A stretch of DNA of 64,000 nt from an uncultured Verrucomicrobiae bacterium. Its GTDB lineage: Bacteria; Verrucomicrobiota; Verrucomicrobiia; Chthoniobacterales; UBA10450. A program made the position numbers and the translations under genes. The stretch is taken from positions 263,691-327,690 of the forward strand of contig CAWIXX010000017.1 in assembly GCA_963840135.1 (NCBI GenBank), given 5' to 3'. Shown here piece by piece: positions 27,107-36,646 of the stretch. How positions within the stretch are numbered: the first letter of the stretch is position 1; each line of letters begins with the position of its first letter. A model generated the notes under the pieces. The model made no database searches, was not told the DNA's origin, and worked only from the letters and a program-made list of their open reading frames with translations.

Positions 27107-28840
27107 TTGACAATTGACGCCCGAATTTCCTACTCTGGGGTTCTGAAAACGCTCCGGTTATCGGGTCTGCTCGCAACGTCATTTCTTGTTTTGTCACCGT
27201 TGCGGGCGCAGGATGCGAAATTCGCGGCGGATAACTTGAAGTACAGCCGCGATTTCTATTCCAAGGTCCATTTCGTTGCGATCGCGAAGCTTGATTTCGG
27301 CCCAGGCGGCAAGGCGGAATTCAAGTACGATCGTTATCCAAACGGCGGGCCGGAAAGAATACAGGCCGGCGGCGCCGAGTTTGCCCGGAAGGATGGAAAG
27401 ACCTGGCTAAGATCGAATGATTGGGGTGAAACCGGCAAGCCGGTTGACGCTCAAACTTCCAAGCGACTGAACAACTGGGTTGGCCTGATCGATGGACGAT
27501 TGATTGGCGGACCCGCTTCGAATGATCCGAGCGAAGGTGCGACAGTAATGAAATTCCTGGGGAAAGAAGATCATGGCGAGCGCGAAGAATTCGTTTTCGA
27601 AGAATCAAAAGAAAAACCGAAAGCGAAGTCCTATCCGCACGTCAGCTTTGGACGATATAAGAATGCGAAGGATCAGCAGGTGTTGCTCTCGGAATTTTCC
27701 GGACCGATGCGGCTCGGCGCGCGCGAGGCGAAGGTGAACATCAGTTTTAGCTATCTGGTCGCGGTGCAGATAAAAGATGAGACCAACGCGGCCGAGTCGC
27801 CATCACCATCGCCGACTGCAGCGAACAGACCAGGGAGCGGCCCTCTCAAGTCCGCCTCCGCCGGCGAGTCAGCATCATCAGCGTCGCCTGCTGATAACGA
27901 GTCTGTTGAGGATCTTGTTAATCGCGGGATCGAAAAAGGAAAGGAAGGCGACTTGGATGGAGCAATCGGGGATTTCACCCGCGCGATTGAGCTCAATCCA
28001 AAAGATGACGCCCCTTATTATAACCGTGCCCAAGCGAAGTGGCTAAAGAAGGACGCGGCCGGCGCCATTGCCGACTACACCCGAGCCATAGAACTCGGCT
28101 CCACAAACCCCGCTGCTTACAACAATCGCGGCAACGCTAGAGCGGAAAATAACGACCGTGACGGCGCAATTGCGGATTATACACGCGCAATCCAACTCAA
28201 GCCCGATTACGCACGCGCCTACCACAATCGCGCTGTCACGAAGAAAGAAAACGGGGATGCGACTGGCGCCGAGGCTGATTTCAAGGCCGCTGAGAAACTC
28301 GATCTGGCATTGGCGAGCGAAAGATCGGCCACGGATTCAAAAGACAATCGGCCTTCAGGAGCGACCAGCGTCAGTCTCCTGGATGGCAAGCTTAAGCTCG
28401 ATATTCCCTCTGATTTTTCGCGCGATTCTGACGATCCCAAGGACCCAAAAACGCTAGCCAAATTCTCAGGCCCCGATGGCGCATGGGGCATAGTGTTGCG
28501 CGGCACGCACGGCCTCGCACCGGATAAGCTCGATGGTTACCTAAAGATGCGTGTGGCCGAATATAGTAAGGGATTCAAATGGCTGCCGAAGGATTCGCAT
28601 TTGCAATGGTTGAAGAAAGACATCGTGACGATCGATGGTCGCAAATGGGCGGACTGGCGATATATCCCGATGCTAAAAGGAAAAAAAGATTATTCCCATA
28701 GTCCGGTCTATACACGATTCCTAACGACTTCTTACAAGGGCCAGCTCCTAGAGATCAGCTTTACCTCGAACCTAAACACGACTCCCGAGCTAAAGAAAGA
28801 GATAGACCACGTCATGGCTTCAGTACATCTCGAAGAATGA
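27107..28840 (+). CDS. Secreted TPR-repeat protein with unknown N- and C-terminal domains
   Basis: 577 aa, non-ATG start, signal peptide. Ser/Pro/Ala linker, then four TPR units (AIGDFTRAIELNP, AIADYTRAIELGS, AIADYTRAIQLKP). Unassigned flanking domains. Confidence 0.65.
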   Translation: MTIDARISYSGVLKTLRLSGLLATSFLVLSPLRAQDAKFAADNLKYSRDFYSKVHFVAIAKLDFGPGGKAEFKYDRYPNGGPERIQAGGAEFARKDGKTWLRSNDWGETGKPVDAQTSKRLNNWVGLIDGRLIGGPASNDPSEGATVMKFLGKEDHGEREEFVFEESKEKPKAKSYPHVSFGRYKNAKDQQVLLSEFSGPMRLGAREAKVNISFSYLVAVQIKDETNAAESPSPSPTAANRPGSGPLKSASAGESASSASPADNESVEDLVNRGIEKGKEGDLDGAIGDFTRAIELNPKDDAPYYNRAQAKWLKKDAAGAIADYTRAIELGSTNPAAYNNRGNARAENNDRDGAIADYTRAIQLKPDYARAYHNRAVTKKENGDATGAEADFKAAEKLDLALASERSATDSKDNRPSGATSVSLLDGKLKLDIPSDFSRDSDDPKDPKTLAKFSGPDGAWGIVLRGTHGLAPDKLDGYLKMRVAEYSKGFKWLPKDSHLQWLKKDIVTIDGRKWADWRYIPMLKGKKDYSHSPVYTRFLTTSYKGQLLEISFTSNLNTTPELKKEIDHVMASVHLEE

Positions 28841-29466
28841 AAAGATCTGTTACTCTCGGCTGCCTTTGTTGGTTCCTCGTTTCAAATCAGTCGACTACTG
28901 CCCAAGAGCCCGCGACGCCAAGTTCGGTTTCGCCGGATGAACAATGGGAATATCGGTGTACCGATGGACTATGGTCGTCGATCGTGAAAGCGGGTACGAA
29001 TCAAATGGCGCTAGATCTTTCTAATGACGTGGAGGTCCCTTATTGTCACGACGCAGCGATCATTTGGGCGCCTAATTCGAAACGGTTTGCTTTCAATTAC
29101 ACTCCGCCACACCCGCCCCATACCACTTATGAAACGGTCGCGTTTTATCAGCTACGCGATAATAAATGGGTGCAGCTGCAATCGCCCATTGACGTGGACT
29201 CGACGCCTGGGACGTTCGCAAAACTGGTCAAGCGGCTCTCGATAGACGGTCACCGCTCCGATCCAATCCCTGATATCGTAAAGGCGCGTCAATGGACCGA
29301 CGCTCACACTGCGATCGTTTACGTTGATTGGGGCTCCTCTGGACGCAGCTCACGCAAACAGACTTTCCTTATCACATTGAAGTTCGATGCGGAAGGCAAC
29401 TCGAAGATCGTCAAAACCCATCGGATGTCAGAGAAAGAGGTCAAAGAGAACGCTAACGAAAAATGA
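28837..29466 (+). CDS. Hypothetical secreted protein
   Basis: 209 aa with a signal peptide. ATGA overlap with the upstream gene. Weakly paralogous to the next gene (VSPDEQW vs VSPDKKF; RDNKW vs RDNKL). Confidence 0.6.
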   Translation: MKRSVTLGCLCWFLVSNQSTTAQEPATPSSVSPDEQWEYRCTDGLWSSIVKAGTNQMALDLSNDVEVPYCHDAAIIWAPNSKRFAFNYTPPHPPHTTYETVAFYQLRDNKWVQLQSPIDVDSTPGTFAKLVKRLSIDGHRSDPIPDIVKARQWTDAHTAIVYVDWGSSGRSSRKQTFLITLKFDAEGNSKIVKTHRMSEKEVKENANEK

Positions 29467-30197
29467 GATCACTTTTTACCTTTGCCGCAATCGTTGGCTG
29501 CACCATCGGCTGCGTTTTTTCCATTTTCGCAGTTGATGAAGAATCGGAAGCACAGGGCGAAGACTCGTCTGCGGGGTTGCCCGAGCAGTACGTAAAAGAT
29601 TATCTCATTGCCGGCAGCACTGTTTCGCCGGACAAGAAGTTCGCTGTCATTTATCCGACGTTAGGAACAGAAGAAGCGGCGGAAGACGCGAACCATCCGG
29701 AGCGCATCAAAGACCATATTGTCGCGCTGAAGCCTTTCGCTATCCTGGGCGAGTTACAGACGAAATATGCTTACTTCCAAAATGAGAATCACGGCGGAAT
29801 CAGCGCGGAATGGTCCGATGACAGCTCGGTCGCATTGATCACGCTCGATGGAAAGTGGGGGCCGCATGATGTCTTTCTACTGGAATTCCGCGACAATAAG
29901 CTAGCTCGAACGACGAATGTTCTCGCGAAGGCTCACGATCTTTTATTACCAGACTATCGCAAGTCTAAGGCTGAACCTTACAACGACATTTTCGATTTCA
30001 TTTTTGACAGCGAGGACGGTCCCGTGTTTAAGCTCGATGGCAACAATCGCGTCGTAATCGATGGCGATGCGGTGACTGATCCGAAGGGAATTTCCGAGCA
30101 TAGATGGTCCGCACAGCTAAAGGCGGTTTGGAACATTGCTCAGGCGAAGTTCACAGACCAAAAGATCACACGAAGCAGGGCAAAGAAGAGTCAGTGA
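29463..30197 (+). CDS. Hypothetical exported or membrane-anchored protein
   Basis: 244 aa with a hydrophobic N-terminus. ATGA overlap with the upstream gene. Confidence 0.6.
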   Translation: MRSLFTFAAIVGCTIGCVFSIFAVDEESEAQGEDSSAGLPEQYVKDYLIAGSTVSPDKKFAVIYPTLGTEEAAEDANHPERIKDHIVALKPFAILGELQTKYAYFQNENHGGISAEWSDDSSVALITLDGKWGPHDVFLLEFRDNKLARTTNVLAKAHDLLLPDYRKSKAEPYNDIFDFIFDSEDGPVFKLDGNNRVVIDGDAVTDPKGISEHRWSAQLKAVWNIAQAKFTDQKITRSRAKKSQ

Positions 30198-30203
30198 CAC
30201 CGT

Positions 30204-31037
30204 TTACACCCCGCAAGAAACCGAAAGTAAAGCCTCCACTTTTTTCGGATCGCAACGATAAATCGTCGTTGCTCCTCCCTCGTAATACTGCGACGCGACC
30301 ACGACTTCCATTTTACCGTCTCCGTCCAGGTCCAGCACTGCGACCACTTTGTAAGCATTCGGTGCGTTAAAGCTCGCGTCGTCGTCGGTGCCGTTCTGGT
30401 AAGCCTTCGGATAAAATTCTCCTTCCACCAGTTGTGTTTCCACCTTTCCAGAGACGACCCGCCGCAACAACACCATCGAATAACTGCCAGCCGGAGATCT
30501 CGTCGGCGCGCCCTCTTCCTTTTCTGAGTAATGCGTTGCGCTGATTAACACTTCGTCTTCGCCATCACCCTCGAGATCGACTCGTAGAATGTTTTCGATC
30601 TTCACTTTCGGTTGTTTGATGCCCTTGGTTTTCAAAAAATCGCTTACCGCATCGACATAAACCTGCTGAGTTACATCGAGGATCTGCACTTTTCGCGGCA
30701 ACGCCTTCCACGGTGCAGCCAGCGCGATCACGCCCTTCTCCGGCTTTGGCGAAAGCGAAACCGTCAGCACGTCTGAACACACTTCCTCCTCTGCTGGTTT
30801 CGGCTTGGCTCCCTTGGCCTGGCCGAGTGATTGCGTCAATCCATAAACCTGGTACGTCATTTCATCTTGCAGCGCCTTTGCCGCTTCGTCTGCTTTGATC
30901 GACTTCCCGCCCGTGATCGCGCCGAAGAGATAGCCGCGTTGGACTTCGACGATCGGATGCAGGTCGTCCGCTGCCGCCGCCGTGCAAATCAGCAAAGCGC
31001 TGAACGGGACAACAAAACTAACAAGTTTCATTGTCAC
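30204..31037 (-). CDS. Hypothetical secreted protein with FG-GAP-like calcium-binding motifs
   Basis: 277 aa with a signal peptide. Two DxDGDGxxEV-type motifs (DLEGDGEDEVLIS, DLDGDGKMEVVV). Confidence 0.55.
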   Translation of the reverse strand: MTMKLVSFVVPFSALLICTAAAADDLHPIVEVQRGYLFGAITGGKSIKADEAAKALQDEMTYQVYGLTQSLGQAKGAKPKPAEEEVCSDVLTVSLSPKPEKGVIALAAPWKALPRKVQILDVTQQVYVDAVSDFLKTKGIKQPKVKIENILRVDLEGDGEDEVLISATHYSEKEEGAPTRSPAGSYSMVLLRRVVSGKVETQLVEGEFYPKAYQNGTDDDASFNAPNAYKVVAVLDLDGDGKMEVVVASQYYEGGATTIYRCDPKKVEALLSVSCGV

Positions 31038-31088
31038 ATTATTGTCGCCACTCTTTTGATCGCCAATACAATTTGGCGTGCTCGCTCA

Positions 31089-32660
31089 CTAGGATCGAGT
31101 CTTACTTGCTGCAGGCTCGACATAATCGCGATAAAAGGAGTTTTCGAAAAGCTCTGTTGGGTCGTATTTGCGTTTGATCTTATAGAATTCTTCGTAGCGC
31201 GGATACGCGAGGCGAAATTGCTCGACTGTGGCGTGTGGACGATAAGGAAGATAGTAACTACCGCCGCATGCGAGCGCAGCATCAATAAGTCGTTCTGTAA
31301 TAGCCCGCATCCGCGCATCGGATTCAAGCGTCGCGGTATAGCGAAATAGCATTACCAATCCAATCTCATCCTGCCGAGCGTAGGCAAGAATTGTATCATC
31401 GTCCCGTCGCACGAACCGAAGTGTGATGTTTAGCAGGTCTATGGCGCCGGTCTTACCTAGAACCGGTCGGATGTTGCCAAGGAATTCAGCTAGCTTGTCT
31501 GGCGGAACAAAGTACTCGTGCAAAATCTCCGTAAACTTCGGATCTCGATTAGCGAACCAATCCGAAGGGGTCCGCAATATTCCATTGCGGGACACGATGC
31601 GGTGAGTTTGTCCGTGGAATCGCTCAATTGTCCATCGGCCGAGTTTGCCAAAGTCGCTGCCAACCGAGGCACGAAAGGCTGCGCGTGCAAGGCTGATCTC
31701 CCATGGCCGTGGAGCGAATGGACGCACTGGATTATCCAATGTGTTTGCAACATCACTGGGCGATTGGTTCGTCTGCGTCGCAACGAACCGAATAATTCGC
31801 GCGTCTCGAAGAAACCATGGGCCAGGTGCGATGCTGACACGCCCATAAGCCAGGCCGATCAGCTCTTTCGATTGCGTGACCAGAAGAGCAAAACGATCAA
31901 TAAAATTTCTAGACGTCGCAGGAAATTCCTCAGCCCGATACAAGGCGTTCGGCACGACTCGCAAATCGACATCGAGAATAACACCAAACAGCCCGTATCC
32001 GCCGCATACGGCGTCGAATAATTCACGGTCCTCTGCAATCTCATGCCGACATTCGCGCACAGAGCCGTCCGCAAGAAGAATTCTGAACGCTTGTACCGTG
32101 CTCGCGATCGGCGGCGAGTTCGGCTGCCAGCCGTGGCAGTTCACCGAGATTGACCCACCGACGGTGAAATCATCATTGGACTGCATGACTGCGACTGACC
32201 AGCCTTGGCGATCAAGGGCTGTTAATAGTTCGTGCCATGTTGCGCCTGCACCCACATGAACGATCGGAACGGAATCGCGGACCCTTACCGGATCAATGCG
32301 ACGGAATGCATCGCAACGCATGTCGATACATAGGCTTCCATTAAGCAACGTGTGCCCGCCCATTGAGTGACGTGAGCCTGCGATCGTGATCTTCCCATGT
32401 TGCGATGCGGTTTGGCGGACAAGGTCGCGCAGTTGGTCGACCGCCTTCGCTGGATCGTGGTCTACGGTAATTATCGCAGTAGAGGCGGCGCTGCTTAAGC
32501 GACTAAAGTCGCTTTGTCCCGCTAGTGGTTCGGGCAGCGAAGATTTATGACCCGCAAACCACGCGTGTGCAACAAGCACAACATAACTCAGCACGAGCAA
32601 GAGCGCTGCTGACAGCGTTCCGATCAGGGCACGCCGGAGCCAGCGAGCAATTTCAGTCAC
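31089..32660 (-). CDS. Membrane-anchored FAD-binding (PCMH-type) oxidoreductase
   Basis: 523 aa with an N-terminal TM helix. FAD_binding_4-like ITIAGSRHSMGGH and VHVGAGATWHEL. Confidence 0.65.
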   Translation of the reverse strand: MTEIARWLRRALIGTLSAALLLVLSYVVLVAHAWFAGHKSSLPEPLAGQSDFSRLSSAASTAIITVDHDPAKAVDQLRDLVRQTASQHGKITIAGSRHSMGGHTLLNGSLCIDMRCDAFRRIDPVRVRDSVPIVHVGAGATWHELLTALDRQGWSVAVMQSNDDFTVGGSISVNCHGWQPNSPPIASTVQAFRILLADGSVRECRHEIAEDRELFDAVCGGYGLFGVILDVDLRVVPNALYRAEEFPATSRNFIDRFALLVTQSKELIGLAYGRVSIAPGPWFLRDARIIRFVATQTNQSPSDVANTLDNPVRPFAPRPWEISLARAAFRASVGSDFGKLGRWTIERFHGQTHRIVSRNGILRTPSDWFANRDPKFTEILHEYFVPPDKLAEFLGNIRPVLGKTGAIDLLNITLRFVRRDDDTILAYARQDEIGLVMLFRYTATLESDARMRAITERLIDAALACGGSYYLPYRPHATVEQFRLAYPRYEEFYKIKRKYDPTELFENSFYRDYVEPAASKTRS

Positions 32661-32663
32661 GTC

Positions 32664-34802
32664 TTATGGGCGGCGTTCGCGCACCGCAGACAACACCTCA
32701 CCGATTGCTTCGCTGCGTGGTCTCGCTCCGAGATTTCCTTTACCGTGAACGCGGACGCTCACGGCGTCGGCTTCCATGTCGCGCTTGCCGATCACGAACA
32801 TGGTGTGGACTTTCATTTGCTCGGCCCGCTGGACTTTGCCGTTGATCTTGTCGGTGCCGTCGTCCAATTCTGCGCGGACTTGATGAGCGCGCAGTTCCTT
32901 CAGAATCGATCTCGCGTAATCCATTAACTTCGGATCGTCGCCGATGGTGAGAATGCGCACCTGTTCTGGCGAAAGCCAGAGCGGGAAATTGCCGGCATAA
33001 TGCTCGATTAGGAACCCGATAAACCGCTCGTGCGTACCCAGCGGCGCGCGATGGATGCAGATTGGAATTTTCTCGATGTTGTCGCGGTCTTTATAGCGAA
33101 GATCAAAACTTCGCGGTTGCGCGAAATCGACCTGGTTGGTCGCGATGGAAAACTCACGTCCGATCACGCTCCACGCTTGCACGTCGATCTTCGGGCCGTA
33201 AAACGCCGCTTCGTTCGGCACTTCGACAAAATTAATTCCAGAATTCTTTAGGACGTTGCGCGTCATTTCCTCGGTCTTTTTCCAAAGCTCCGGTTCATTC
33301 ACAAATTTCTCGCCAAGCTTCGCGGGATCGTGCGTAGAGAAGCGCATCAAATATTTGTCGATCCCGAACAACTTGAAATAATTCAGATACATCTCGTTCA
33401 CGGCGTTGAACTCCGCCTCGAATTGTTCAGGCGTCATGTAAAGATGGGCGTCGTTCATCTGTAGCGAACGCACCCGCATAAGCCCGAACAACTCGCCGCT
33501 TTTCTCGTAGCGATAATCCGTCCCATACTCCGCCAGCCGCAAAGGAAGGTCGCGATAGCTGCGAGGCAGCGCTGCAAAGAGCTTGTGGTGATGCGGACAG
33601 TTCATCGCTTTCAGGTAATAGCGATCTTCCCTCCCGTACTGTTCAACGAACATGTCTATAGCGATACGTTGAAGTCCTGAGTCAGTTAACGTTGCCTGTT
33701 CTTCGGCCGGTTTGGACCGAACGAGCTTCACGAACATCTGAGCGAAGTCCGAAGCATTGTCAGTCGCGAGCAGCTCGGGATGCTCTTTGGAATACCCCGC
33801 CAAGAGATTTCTAGCTAAACCTTCGAGCCCGGTTTGAATCTCATTCAGCGTCGTTTGTCGTTCGCCTTCGAGTCGTAGCCGCATCGGCGGGAACATCGAT
33901 TCTGCGTAATAGGGGAGGTGACCGCTTTTTTTGTAGAGGCTCTCGCGGGCGATGTGTGGAGTGCGGACTCGTTGATAACCGGCGGCGAACTCGGTTTCCT
34001 TTGCGAGCTTCTCCAGCTCTTCGGCGATCACCGCGCCGCGGGGCAGGAACATCGGCAAACCTGGTCCGACATCATCATCGAAAACAAAAAGTTCGAGTTC
34101 CTTGCCAAGCTTGCGATGATCGCGCTTCTTCGCTTCCTCGAGCATTGCGAAGTAATCGTCGAGTTCCTTTTTCGTTTTGAAGGCAGTGCCGTAAACGCGC
34201 TGGAGCTGCGGATTCTTTTCGTCACCTTTGTAGTAGGCGCTCGCCACGTTGGTGAGTTTGAACGCGCCGATGTTTCCTGTGCGCATGACGTGCGGACCAG
34301 CGCAGAGATCGATGAAATCGCCGCTGCGATAGAGCGAAATTTTTTCGTTGGCCGGAATGTTCTCGATGATGTCGAGCTTGAATTTGCTTGGCCCGGGGCG
34401 TTCGCCAAGTGCGGCAAGCCGGCCTTTCTTCCCAAGGTCGAGCGCTTCATCGCGCGAAACTTCAAGCCGCTCGAATGGATGATTCGCCTTAATCTCCTTT
34501 TTCATCTCCGCCTCGATCTTTTCGAAATCGTCGGGTGAGATGCGGTGTGGAAGATCGAGATCGTAATAAAAACCGTTCTCTACTGGTGGCCCCGCGGCGA
34601 ACTGCGCTTCCGGCCAGATTTTCAGAATTGCGGTCGCTAGTACGTGCGACGCCGAGTGACGCAGGCGCTCCAGATCCGTCATCTGTGCGCGCATTTCAGG
34701 TGTTTTGCGTTCTTCAGTCATCGAGAAGCGATCAAAATTAACCACGAAGTCGCCAAGGACACGAAGAATTTGCTCCTGCTCTGCATTCGGAGCGCCTGTC
34801 AC
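32664..34802 (-). CDS. thrS: Threonine--tRNA ligase (no TGS domain; about 80-aa insertion in the catalytic domain)
   Basis: Editing-domain HSASHVLA. Class II core MNCPHHHKLF, FGLMRVRSLQMNDAHLY and IHRAPLGTHERFIGFLIEH. The true start is probably an internal Met at 34721, 34694 or 34682. Confidence 0.9.
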   Translation of the reverse strand: MTGAPNAEQEQILRVLGDFVVNFDRFSMTEERKTPEMRAQMTDLERLRHSASHVLATAILKIWPEAQFAAGPPVENGFYYDLDLPHRISPDDFEKIEAEMKKEIKANHPFERLEVSRDEALDLGKKGRLAALGERPGPSKFKLDIIENIPANEKISLYRSGDFIDLCAGPHVMRTGNIGAFKLTNVASAYYKGDEKNPQLQRVYGTAFKTKKELDDYFAMLEEAKKRDHRKLGKELELFVFDDDVGPGLPMFLPRGAVIAEELEKLAKETEFAAGYQRVRTPHIARESLYKKSGHLPYYAESMFPPMRLRLEGERQTTLNEIQTGLEGLARNLLAGYSKEHPELLATDNASDFAQMFVKLVRSKPAEEQATLTDSGLQRIAIDMFVEQYGREDRYYLKAMNCPHHHKLFAALPRSYRDLPLRLAEYGTDYRYEKSGELFGLMRVRSLQMNDAHLYMTPEQFEAEFNAVNEMYLNYFKLFGIDKYLMRFSTHDPAKLGEKFVNEPELWKKTEEMTRNVLKNSGINFVEVPNEAAFYGPKIDVQAWSVIGREFSIATNQVDFAQPRSFDLRYKDRDNIEKIPICIHRAPLGTHERFIGFLIEHYAGNFPLWLSPEQVRILTIGDDPKLMDYARSILKELRAHQVRAELDDGTDKINGKVQRAEQMKVHTMFVIGKRDMEADAVSVRVHGKGNLGARPRSEAIGEVLSAVRERRP

Positions 34803-34813
34803 ACAATTGTAAC

Positions 34814-35230
34814 TTGGAAGATATCGTGTTTCCTCTATACGCTCGGTTTGTCAGCCAAACGCCATTTGTGAATCCTGCAGAACTTTTTCGTCAAGAAACT
34901 GACACGGTGCAGCTCGCGCCGGGCGATATCCTTTTCCGTGAAGGCGACAAGCGTGACAAGATGTACGTGGTATTGGAAGGGGAGATGGACGTGCGGCTTG
35001 GCGACTACGTAGTCGAGACCGCAGGAACAGGTGCGCTGATCGGCGAGATGGCATTGATTGATGCCAGCCCGCGTGCTGCCAACGCTGTGGCGAAGACCGC
35101 GTGCCGACTGGTGCCAATCGATGAACGACGGTTCCATTTTCTCATTCAGCAGCACCCGCATTTCGCAACGCATGTGATGAAAGAGCTAGCTGCTCGCCTG
35201 CGCAATATGAACGCGGCGGCGATGCGGTAG
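34814..35230 (+). CDS. Cyclic nucleotide-binding domain protein
   Basis: cNMP-binding fold motifs (GDILFREGD, MYVVLEGE, GALIGEMALID, PRAANAVA). Start is uncertain: TTG 34814, or GTG further downstream. Confidence 0.7.
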   Translation: MEDIVFPLYARFVSQTPFVNPAELFRQETDTVQLAPGDILFREGDKRDKMYVVLEGEMDVRLGDYVVETAGTGALIGEMALIDASPRAANAVAKTACRLVPIDERRFHFLIQQHPHFATHVMKELAARLRNMNAAAMR

Positions 35231-35295
35231 AAAATCTCAATAACTCAGAGTCAACGCTGGCTTTCGCAACAGCGGACTCGGCGTTATTTTTCGCC

Positions 35296-36012
35296 GTGCG
35301 AAGAGTTGCGCAAAATCTGGTGCTCGCCGCGATTGTCGCAGCCGGTTGCGGACAAAAAGCTCCACCAGTTTCCGATTTTACGTCGCAGCGTCAGCGCATG
35401 GTCCAGCAGCAGCTGGTGACACGCGGTATCAAGGACGCGCGCGTCCTCGCTGCGATGGCAAAAGTGCCTCGGGAAGAATTTGTTCCCCCGGAATCGCGTG
35501 GTGCCAGTTATGAAGACGGCCCGTTGCCGCTTGGTTACGCGCAAACCATTTCGCAGCCGTACATCGTAGCGTTCATGACGGAGCAATTGCGTCCGAAACC
35601 GAGTGACCGCGTTTTGGAAGTTGGGACCGGATCAGGTTATCAGGCGGCGATTCTGGCCGAGCTGGTGTCGGAAGTTTACTCCATCGAAATCGTCGGACCG
35701 CTGGCGAAAAATGCCGAGGCGACATTGCAACGGCTCGGCTATAAAAATGTGCATCTGAAAATCGGTGATGGTTACCAGGGCTGGCCGGAAGTGGGGCCGT
35801 TCGATGCCATCATCGTGACTTGCGCGCCGGACAAGGTTCCGCAGACGCTCGTCGATCAACTCAAGGACCGTGGGCGCATGGTCATTCCTGTCGGCGACAG
35901 ATTTGCTCAGCAGCTGTACCTGCTTGAAAAGAAAGACGGCCAATTAAAACAAAGCGCCACGTTGCCCGTGCGTTTTGTACCAATGACGAGCGAAGCTGAC
36001 AAGCAGAAGTGA
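35296..36012 (+). CDS. pcm: Protein-L-isoaspartate O-methyltransferase with a lipoprotein-type signal peptide
   Basis: QTISQPYIVAFMTE, LEVGTGSGYQAAILA and DAIIVTCA motifs. N-terminus VLAAIVAAGCGQ resembles a lipobox. Confidence 0.9.
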   Translation: MRRVAQNLVLAAIVAAGCGQKAPPVSDFTSQRQRMVQQQLVTRGIKDARVLAAMAKVPREEFVPPESRGASYEDGPLPLGYAQTISQPYIVAFMTEQLRPKPSDRVLEVGTGSGYQAAILAELVSEVYSIEIVGPLAKNAEATLQRLGYKNVHLKIGDGYQGWPEVGPFDAIIVTCAPDKVPQTLVDQLKDRGRMVIPVGDRFAQQLYLLEKKDGQLKQSATLPVRFVPMTSEADKQK

Positions 36013-36030
36013 TAGGGTATGCGAATTTGT

Positions 36031-36057
36031 GAGATCCTTCACTTCGCTCAGGGTGAC
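36031..36057. repeat. Family A solo terminal arm
   Basis: GAGATCCTTCACTTCGCTCAGGGTGAC, downstream of pcm. Confidence 0.65.
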
Positions 36058-36070
36058 AAGCTGAGGCTTG

Positions 36071-36646
36071 TCATTTAATCGCCGCTAGTTTCTTCAAATC
36101 GACGCGCTTGACCCATTCCTGCAGGTCCTTCGGGTCCTGCTCTTGTAGCTCGATTTGAACAAAATAACGATTGGCGATCATGACCCACAGAGTGGAGTGC
36201 TTGCCTTCCTTTTCGAACGCTTCAAACCCAGGATTGCCATCAATTTTGACAGACTTGCCGTAACCTTCGCTGGTTTCGTTATTGTTGTTCCAGGCAGCTG
36301 TCGTGGCATTCACGTAATCCGGATTTGCTACGGAATCGAGTATGCTGATCGCCGCTGTCGGCGCTTTGTCGCCCTCGCCCTTGTGATAGTCGCGATGCAC
36401 GTTCGTGATCCTGAATCCGCCGACGTCTTCCGTAGAACCTTCCGCTTTATCGGCGGCCCAACCTTGCGGCGGGTCCGGCAAAACGGGGAGCAGTTTCTGA
36501 TAATCAACGGCGTCAGGCACGAGAATCGGTTCGTTCTGCGCACGCACGACGCCGGTCCCGAAGATGATGAATAACGCGAGAGCGAATAAACCTGCACTGG
36601 CGGCAAAGCCAAATCTCGGTCGAGGAACGAGAGCCGTTGATTTCAT
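36071..36646 (-). CDS. Hypothetical secreted protein
   Basis: 191 aa. A TM or signal segment followed by VRAQNEP. No family recognised. Confidence 0.55.
   Translation of the reverse strand: MKSTALVPRPRFGFAASAGLFALALFIIFGTGVVRAQNEPILVPDAVDYQKLLPVLPDPPQGWAADKAEGSTEDVGGFRITNVHRDYHKGEGDKAPTAAISILDSVANPDYVNATTAAWNNNNETSEGYGKSVKIDGNPGFEAFEKEGKHSTLWVMIANRYFVQIELQEQDPKDLQEWVKRVDLKKLAAIK

Noticed and set aside
22685-31037. Prophage or phage-remnant interpretation of the S74 fibre cluster
   Set aside because: There are no capsid, portal, terminase, tail tube, baseplate, lysis, integrase or att-like features anywhere in the window. All three proteins carry Sec signal peptides, which phage tail fibres do not need.
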